A stretch of DNA of 64,000 bases from Vicinamibacterales bacterium (GTDB lineage Bacteria; Acidobacteriota; Vicinamibacteria; Vicinamibacterales; UBA2999), in contig JAXLRB010000020.1 in NCBI GenBank assembly GCA_046331325.1, forward strand, positions 4,075 to 68,074, given 5' to 3'. Numbering within the stretch: position 1 is the first letter of the stretch; each line of letters opens with the position of its first letter. Of the stretch, positions 57,950-64,000 are shown one piece after another. Made by a program: the position numbers and the translations under genes. The notes under the pieces were generated by a model. The model searched no databases. It was given only the letters and a program-made list of their open reading frames with translations, and was not told the origin of the DNA.

Positions 57950-59242
57950 CTATCCGGGCAGCACCACGTGCCGCACCTCGGCGAACTCACGTCGCAGGTC
58001 GCCGCGCACGTCGGGATGGGCGATGCGGATGAGCGCCTCGGCGCGCTGCCGCAGGGTGAGGCCGAACAGGTTCACCGCGCCGTACTCGGTGACGATCCAG
58101 TGCACGTGGCCGCGCGTGGTCACGACGCCGGCGCCGGGCTTGATCGACGTGACGATGCGCGAGGCGCGGCCTCCGGCCGCCGTCGATGGCAGCGCGATCA
58201 CCGGCTTGCCGCCGGTGGAGAGCGCCGCGCCGCGGATGAAGTCCATCTGGCCGCCGATGCCCGAGTAGACGCGGAAGCCGATCGAGTCGGCCACGACCTG
58301 GCCGGACAGGTCCACCTCGATGGCCGAGTTGATGGCGATGACCTTGTCGTTCTTGCGGATGAGCGAGGTGTCGTTGGTGCGATCGCAGGGGTGGAACTCG
58401 ACGAGCGGGTTGTCGTCGACGAAGCGGTAGAGCCGCTCGGTGCCCATCGCGAAGCTGGTGACGATGCGGCCCGGATGCACCTTCTTGCGCCGGTTCGTGA
58501 CGACCCCGGCCTCCACGAGATCGATCAGCCCGTCGGAGAACATCTCGGTGTGGACGCCGAGATCCTGCTTGCCCGTGAGCCGGCGCAGCGCCGCATCGGG
58601 AATGGCGCCGATGCCGAGCTGCAGCGTGGCCCCGTCGTCGACGAGCGCCGCCACCTGCGCGCCAATCGCGTCCTCCACGGCGGTGGGCACCGAGGGCGGA
58701 TGCGTGTGCAGCGGCCGGTTCGTGGCGATGCAGGCGTCGATGCGCGACACCGGCACCAGCGTGTTGCCGAGGGTGCGCGGCATCTGCTCGTTGATCTCGG
58801 CGATGACGATCCGCGCGCTGAGCGAGGCGGCCAGCGCCGCGTCGACCGACGTGCCGAGCGAGCAGAAGCCGTGGTGATCGGGCGGCGACACCTGCAGGAT
58901 CGCCACGTCGAGATCGATCGTGCGCGACAGGAACAACGCCGGGATGTCCGACAGGAACACCGGCATGAAGTCGGCCGCGCCGGCGTCGATGGCGGCGCGC
59001 ACCGGCGGTCCGGCGAAAAGCGACACCGACAGGAAGCGGTCGCGATGCGCGGGATCGACGAACGGCGCCGGCCCCATCGTATGCAGGTGGTACAGCGTCA
59101 CGTCGCGCACGTCGCGGGCCGCCAGCGCCTCGATGAGCGGCGTGGGCGTGGCGGCGGCGCCGTGGATGAAGACGCGCATGCCGCTCCGCACGAGCGACAC
59201 GGCTTCACCGGGACTGACGGGCTGCAGGGAACGGGTGAGCAT
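57950..59242 (-). CDS. acetyl-CoA hydrolase/transferase family protein (4-hydroxybutyrate CoA-transferase-like)
   Basis: ATG 59242 preceded by GAGGA. Motifs include LYHLHT, VAILQVSPPDHHGFCSLG, INSAIEVDLSGQV, SGIGGQMDF and VVTEYG-like IVTEYG. Confidence 0.85.
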   Translation of the reverse strand: MLTRSLQPVSPGEAVSLVRSGMRVFIHGAAATPTPLIEALAARDVRDVTLYHLHTMGPAPFVDPAHRDRFLSVSLFAGPPVRAAIDAGAADFMPVFLSDIPALFLSRTIDLDVAILQVSPPDHHGFCSLGTSVDAALAASLSARIVIAEINEQMPRTLGNTLVPVSRIDACIATNRPLHTHPPSVPTAVEDAIGAQVAALVDDGATLQLGIGAIPDAALRRLTGKQDLGVHTEMFSDGLIDLVEAGVVTNRRKKVHPGRIVTSFAMGTERLYRFVDDNPLVEFHPCDRTNDTSLIRKNDKVIAINSAIEVDLSGQVVADSIGFRVYSGIGGQMDFIRGAALSTGGKPVIALPSTAAGGRASRIVTSIKPGAGVVTTRGHVHWIVTEYGAVNLFGLTLRQRAEALIRIAHPDVRGDLRREFAEVRHVVLPG

Positions 59243-59316
59243 CGCGGATCCTCGCGGGCGGCCGATCGCGCCGCCCGCCTGATGATGGCACGCGCGCACG
59301 ACGGCCGTCGCCGCCG

Positions 59317-61605
59317 TCAGCCCTTCGTGAAGTCGAGCACCTGCCGCACCTTGGCGGCGAGGGCACGCGGCGTGAACGGCTTCTGCAGCACCGACGCCTG
59401 CGCCTCGGCGAGCTGGGCGCGCACGTGCGCGTCGTCGAAGTAGCCGCTCATGTAGAGCACTTTCACCGACGGATACTTCGCCAGCAGCGCCGTCGCCACT
59501 GCGCGTCCCGACATGCCGGGCATCACCACGTCGGTGAGCAGCAGATCGATCTCGGTCGTGTCGGCCAGCGCCAGCCCCTCGGCGCCGCTGGCGGCGGCCA
59601 CCACGTGATAGCCGCGCGACTCGAGGGCCACGCGCGCGATGTGCCGCACCGGCTCTTCGTCTTCCACCACCAGCACGGTCTCGGTGCCGACGGCGTCGGG
59701 CACCCGCGATTCCTGTCCGGCCGCGGCCACCATGTCGTCGGGCGCCACCGGCAGATCGATGGTGAAACGCGCGCCCTCACCGGGCGCGCTCCACAGATCG
59801 ATCGTGCCGCCCATCTGATGCACCACGCCGAACACGATCGAGAGGCCGAGCCCGGTGCCGCGTCCGGCCTCCTTCGTCGTGAAGAACGGCTCGAACACCC
59901 GGGCCCGTACCTCGTCGGTCATGCCGCGGCCGGTGTCGGTGACGACGATCCGCGCCACGGCGCCGCCGGCACGACCGGGCGCCGGCGCCACGTCGGCCCG
60001 GCTGGTCACGATGCTGAGCGAGCCGCCTTCGGGCATGGCGTCGCGGGCATTCACCGCCAGGTTGATCAGGACCTGCTCGAGATGGCCGGGGTCGCCCTTC
60101 ACACGCGGAGTGCCAGGTGTGATCTCCGTGGTGAGCGCCACGTCTTCGCCGATCAAGCGGTGCAGCAGACGCTCGACGCCCTTCACGAGCTGTCCGACGT
60201 CGACCAGCTGCGTCACCAGCGTCTGCTTGCGGCTGAAGGCCAGCAGTTGCCGCGTCAGCGCCGCCGCGCGATCCGCCGCCAGGCAGATCTGGTTGGCGCT
60301 GTCGTGCACCTCTTCCGGCGTGAGCAGATCGTCGAGCAGCGCGCCGCCGTAGCCCTGGATCACGGTGAGCACGTTGTTGAAGTCGTGCGCGACGCCGCCG
60401 GCGAGCCGGCCCACGGCCTCCATCTTCTGCGCGTGGCGGAACTGATCTTCGAGCTCGACGCGCGAGGTGATGTCGGTCCACGAACCGACGAGTTCGCTGA
60501 CCTTGCCGCCCGCATCGCGCACCACGCGCTTCTGGTCGCGCAGCCACACGTAGCGACCGTCGCGATGCCGGAAGCGGAACTCGATGACGCCGTGATCCTC
60601 CGGCAGCGGCAGCGCATTGGCCGCTACGACGCGGGTGACGTCGTCGGGGTGCAGCCCGCGCTCCCACCACGTCGCGTCGACCTCACGCGGGTGGAAGCCG
60701 GTGAGCGCCTCGAGGTTATCGCTGACCCACACCAGGTCGAAGCCGTGCTCGAGCGGACGCAGCGCGTAGATCACCGCGGGACTGGCCTCGACGAAACGGC
60801 GGATCTCCAGGGCCGTCTTCTTCTGCTCGGTGATGTCGCGCACGAACAGACAGAGCGGATCGCCGGTCCCCGACGAGCGCGACACCGACAGCTCCACCTC
60901 CCACGTGCCACCCTGCCGGTTGCGCAGCCGGGTCTCGAAGCGGGCGCGACCGCCGCGCCAAGCGTCGTCGATCCGACGCACCAACTCGGTCGCGTCGGCG
61001 CCGGCGCTGAGTTCCGCCACCGGCATGCCCACGAGTTCATCGCGCGCGTAGCCCGACTGACGCTCGAACGCGGCGTTCACCCGCTGCAGTCGATGGGCGG
61101 CATCGAGCAGCAGGAAGCCGTCGGCCGAAGTCTCGATGGCGGCGCGGTACTGCGATTCGACCTGCCGCAACGCCCGCTGCGAGGCGGCGTGCTCGCGGCG
61201 CACGGCGGCTTCGGCGAGCTCGCGACTCACAGCCGGGCCGAGCCGCTCGAGCCGATCCTTCATCACGTAGTCGTGGGCGCCCGCCCGCATGACGGCCACG
61301 GCGATGTCCTCGCCGATGGTGCCCGACACGACCACGAAGGGCAGATCGCGTCCCGACTCGTGCAGCACCTGCAGCGCGCCCATGGCGTTGAACGTGGGCA
61401 GCTGGAAGTCGGCGATGACGATGTCCCACGCGCCGTCACGCAGCGACTGCCGCATCTCGTCGGCGGTCTCGACACGCACGGCATCGATGGCGAAGCCGCT
61501 GCGCACGAGGGCGCGCTGCACGAGGCCGGCGTCGCTCTCGGAGTCCTCCACGTGCAGCATGCGGAGGGCGCGGGGCGGTGGTAGCACGGGTTGGGGGACA
61601 GCCAT
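59317..61605 (-). CDS. hybrid sensor histidine kinase: REC-PAS-PAS-HisKA-HATPase-REC
   Basis: N-terminal receiver (LHVEDSESD ... IADFQLP ... VMKD), two PAS-like blocks, H-box AGGVAHDFNNVL, N/G boxes (LAVNARDAM, DTGRGM, GTGLGLS), and a C-terminal receiver (VLVVEDEE ... LLLTDVVMPGMSG). Confidence 0.9.
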   Translation of the reverse strand: MAVPQPVLPPPRALRMLHVEDSESDAGLVQRALVRSGFAIDAVRVETADEMRQSLRDGAWDIVIADFQLPTFNAMGALQVLHESGRDLPFVVVSGTIGEDIAVAVMRAGAHDYVMKDRLERLGPAVSRELAEAAVRREHAASQRALRQVESQYRAAIETSADGFLLLDAAHRLQRVNAAFERQSGYARDELVGMPVAELSAGADATELVRRIDDAWRGGRARFETRLRNRQGGTWEVELSVSRSSGTGDPLCLFVRDITEQKKTALEIRRFVEASPAVIYALRPLEHGFDLVWVSDNLEALTGFHPREVDATWWERGLHPDDVTRVVAANALPLPEDHGVIEFRFRHRDGRYVWLRDQKRVVRDAGGKVSELVGSWTDITSRVELEDQFRHAQKMEAVGRLAGGVAHDFNNVLTVIQGYGGALLDDLLTPEEVHDSANQICLAADRAAALTRQLLAFSRKQTLVTQLVDVGQLVKGVERLLHRLIGEDVALTTEITPGTPRVKGDPGHLEQVLINLAVNARDAMPEGGSLSIVTSRADVAPAPGRAGGAVARIVVTDTGRGMTDEVRARVFEPFFTTKEAGRGTGLGLSIVFGVVHQMGGTIDLWSAPGEGARFTIDLPVAPDDMVAAAGQESRVPDAVGTETVLVVEDEEPVRHIARVALESRGYHVVAAASGAEGLALADTTEIDLLLTDVVMPGMSGRAVATALLAKYPSVKVLYMSGYFDDAHVRAQLAEAQASVLQKPFTPRALAAKVRQVLDFTKG

Positions 61606-61640
61606 CGTGGACGAGGGCCACAGGGCCCTGTTTCAATAGT

Positions 61641-61656
61641 CGGCAGATTCCTGCCG
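61641..61656 (-). terminator. candidate hairpin between DUF2256 and the histidine kinase
   Basis: CGGCAG-ATTC-CTGCCG. On the minus strand this perfect 6-bp stem is followed by ACTATTGAAAC. The U-tract is weak. Confidence 0.2.
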
Positions 61657-61800
61657 GCACGTGACCCCGGACGACCGCCGGCACCGCGCCGTCTCAGCCG
61701 TGGGATCGAGTCAAGGGGCGAGCGTACTCAGCGCTTCGCGCCCGCGGCATCGGAGGAAGTCCGAGGTGCGTGACGGAGCGTGCATCGCTGAATCGACCGC

Positions 61801-61959
61801 TCAGCGGGCCGGCGGCGCGGGCCGGCGGGCGTTGCGCCGGCGGCGGCAGGCGACGCTGCAGTAGCGCACCTCGTCCCAGTGCCGCGCCCACTTGCGCCGC
61901 CACACGAAGGGCCGCCCGCACACGGCGCAGGTCTTCGAGGGCAGGTCCGACTTCTTCAC
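61801..61959 (-). CDS. DUF2256-type small zinc-ribbon protein
   Basis: GTG 61959 gives [42 protein letters not shown]. This matches the remembered DUF2256 pattern CxxCGRPFxWRKKW...YCSxxCR. The start is uncertain. Confidence 0.65.
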   Translation of the reverse strand: MKKSDLPSKTCAVCGRPFVWRRKWARHWDEVRYCSVACRRRRNARRPAPPAR

Positions 61960-62021
61960 GGCCACGGTGCGTGCACGTCCCCGAGGAATGGACGCGACGG
62001 CACGCGCCCGGGATTCGACGG

Positions 62022-64000
62022 TCAGGCGATCGGGCCGATGCGGCGCAGCCACACCACCGGCTGCTGCCGGTCGCGCGACGCCTCGACGTCCACGGTGAAC
62101 TCGGCCATCCAGTCGTTCCGATCGGCGCCGTCGACGAGCACCTGCTGCACCGCCCAGCGCGCCGGCGCCTCGCGACGGTCGACGTGCGTGTGCCGGGCGT
62201 TGCGCGCCTCGGGATCGAAGCGCAGCCCCTGATGGTCGACGACGAACGCCGTGAACGCCGCCGCCAGCTCGATCGGCGAGGCGGCCGCCGCGTCGTCGCC
62301 GATCGGGGCGTCGAGCGCCGCCACGGTCGCCTCGCCGTCGCCCCGCGCCCACGCCCGCAGGGCGGTGAACACGCGGGCACGGATCGCGGCGAGGAACGCC
62401 GGGCCGTCGGTCGTGAGGTCGTACGGCGCGGCCGCCTGCGGCTTGCGCGTGAGTGTGTCGCGGGCGGGCCCGAGCGGCACGTACGACGGGTCGCGCATCC
62501 GCTCCCATTCCTCGGCGAGGCTGGCGTCGGCCGTGCGCACGAGCGTGCGCAGGTACCACTCGATCTCGAGCACCTCGGCGGTCTTGGCGGCGGCCGGCAC
62601 CGTCTGACTGAGGGCCTTGTAGACGCTGTTCAGGTGGCGCAGCAGCAGCCCTTCCGTGCGCTCGAGGTCGTACTCGAGGACGTACTCGGCGAACGACTTG
62701 TAGGTCTCGAACATCTCGCGCGCGATCGACTTCGGGCGGATGTTCTCCTGCCCCACCCACGGATGGCGATCGGCGAACGCGTTGAAGGTGTCGTAGACGA
62801 AGTCGCGCAGCGGCTTCGGGTACTCGAGCTTCTCGAGCTCGGCCATCCGCTCGTCGTACTCGATGCCATCGGCCTTCATCTCGGCCACGCGGATCCCCTT
62901 CAGGCGATCGAGCTGGCGGCGCAGGATGAGCTCGGGGTTCTCGAGGATCGACTCGACCAGCGTGAGCAGGTCGACGGCGTAGGTCTCGGACTGCGCGTCG
63001 AGCAGCGGGATCGTCTCGATGAGATACAGCGACAGCGCCTGATCCATCGAGAAGTCGTCCTGCAGGTCGACGTTCACGCGCACCTTCGCGCCGTCGGGCC
63101 CCGGCTCGATGAACTCGACGATGCCGCGATCGACGAGCGACCGGAACAGCTGCCACGCGCGCCGCCGATGGGCGGTCTTCGCCGCCGCCGGTTCGTGGCT
63201 GTCGCGGATCAGCCAGCGCATGGCGTCACAGCCATCGGTGGGACGACTCAGCACGTTCAACAGCATGCCGTGCGTGACCTGGAAGCGCGACACCAGCGGC
63301 TCGGGCGGCGCGGTGGTGAGCCGGGTGAACGCCGCCTGGTCCCAGTCGACGTAGTTGAACTCGGGCGGCTTGCGCTTCACGAACTTGCGGCCGTCGCGCG
63401 CCGCCTTCTCGGCGAGCCGCAGGTTCTCGATCACGTGCTCGGGCGCCTGCACCACCACGTAGCCGCGATCGTCGAAGCCCTTGCGGCCGGCGCGTCCCGC
63501 GATCTGGTGGAAGTCGCGGGCCGAGAGCCGAGACGTCTTCTGCCCGTCGAACTTGCAGAGCTTCGTGATCACCACCGTGCGGATCGGCACGTTGATGCCG
63601 GCGCCGAGCGTGTCGGTGCCGCAGATCACGCGCAGTAGGCCGAGCTGCGCCAGCTGCTCGACCAGCACGCGGTACTTCGGCATCAGCCCGGCATGATGCA
63701 ACCCGATGCCATGCCGCAGCCACTTCTTCACCGACGGTCCGTACGGACTCGAGAAGTCGACGGTCTCGAGGCGGCCGGCGATCTCCGCCTTCTGCTCCTT
63801 CGTGGCGATGCGGAGGCTGGTGAAGTCCTGCGCGCTGGCCGCCGCCTCGGCCTGCGTGAAGTGGACGACGTAGGCGGGCGTCCGTCCTTCGTCGACCAGC
63901 TTCTCGATCGTGTGCGGCAGCGGGATCTCGGCGTAGGTGTATTCCAGCGGCACGGGCCGCTCGCCCGACTTCACCGTCACCGTCGGCCGATCGTTCAGCC
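62022..64000 (-). CDS. DEAD/DEAH-box (Ski2-like) helicase with DUF3516-like C-terminal region; 5' end beyond the right window edge
   Basis: Helicase C-terminal motifs [23 protein letters not shown] and [12 protein letters not shown], then a roughly 450-aa conserved C-terminal extension. The ORF is open to base 64000. Confidence 0.85.
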   Translation of the reverse strand, partial: LNDRPTVTVKSGERPVPLEYTYAEIPLPHTIEKLVDEGRTPAYVVHFTQAEAAASAQDFTSLRIATKEQKAEIAGRLETVDFSSPYGPSVKKWLRHGIGLHHAGLMPKYRVLVEQLAQLGLLRVICGTDTLGAGINVPIRTVVITKLCKFDGQKTSRLSARDFHQIAGRAGRKGFDDRGYVVVQAPEHVIENLRLAEKAARDGRKFVKRKPPEFNYVDWDQAAFTRLTTAPPEPLVSRFQVTHGMLLNVLSRPTDGCDAMRWLIRDSHEPAAAKTAHRRRAWQLFRSLVDRGIVEFIEPGPDGAKVRVNVDLQDDFSMDQALSLYLIETIPLLDAQSETYAVDLLTLVESILENPELILRRQLDRLKGIRVAEMKADGIEYDERMAELEKLEYPKPLRDFVYDTFNAFADRHPWVGQENIRPKSIAREMFETYKSFAEYVLEYDLERTEGLLLRHLNSVYKALSQTVPAAAKTAEVLEIEWYLRTLVRTADASLAEEWERMRDPSYVPLGPARDTLTRKPQAAAPYDLTTDGPAFLAAIRARVFTALRAWARGDGEATVAALDAPIGDDAAAASPIELAAAFTAFVVDHQGLRFDPEARNARHTHVDRREAPARWAVQQVLVDGADRNDWMAEFTVDVEASRDRQQPVVWLRRIGPIA

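Overview
High-GC (roughly 70%) bacterial chromosomal segment. It is gene-dense, with about 55 protein-coding genes and one tRNA-like gene. I saw no rRNA, CRISPR array, transposase or integrase. Most long ORFs in the six-frame track are Arg/Ala/Gly/Pro-rich shadow frames. Real genes were picked by amino-acid composition, recognisable family motifs, RBS-like GGAGG/GAGGA upstream sequences and start/stop overlaps.

Layout:
- 1-5.9 kb: a secreted hypothetical protein, then a periplasmic module of diheme cytochrome c, PQQ dehydrogenase and a Tat-signal amidase.
- 5.9-12.1 kb: amidohydrolase, FAD oxidoreductase, an ECF sigma/anti-sigma pair and a penicillin-acylase-family lipoprotein.
- 12.2-18.2 kb: housekeeping or miscellaneous genes (AraC/GyrI-like regulator, membrane protein, AmpG, RlmF, DUF819, SDR).
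- 18.2-42.3 kb: the most interesting region. Two divergent operons of 14 and 9 genes share one spacer. They encode peptidases, deacylases, ureide-type enzymes, aminotransferases, sugar-type oxidoreductases and two uncharacterised paralogs. A peptide-type ABC importer is split between the two arms.
- 42.4-64 kb: an unbroken run of minus-strand genes. These are a Tat-signal FAH-family enzyme, a DAACS transporter fused to a solute-binding domain, a 99-bp tandem repeat array next to a noncanonical Ser-like tRNA, a small lower-GC islet, a Ser/Thr kinase with two unknown partners, a CotH kinase, acyl-CoA synthetase, sigma/YCII pair, a trypsin-fold protein lacking His and Ser, a CoA-transferase, a hybrid histidine kinase, DUF2256 and a DUF3516-type helicase.

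About ten single-nucleotide frame disruptions hit six or seven otherwise good genes. Several sit in G/C homopolymers, so assembly error versus real decay must be settled before any pseudogene call is trusted. All family assignments come from motif recognition by eye; no database search was run.
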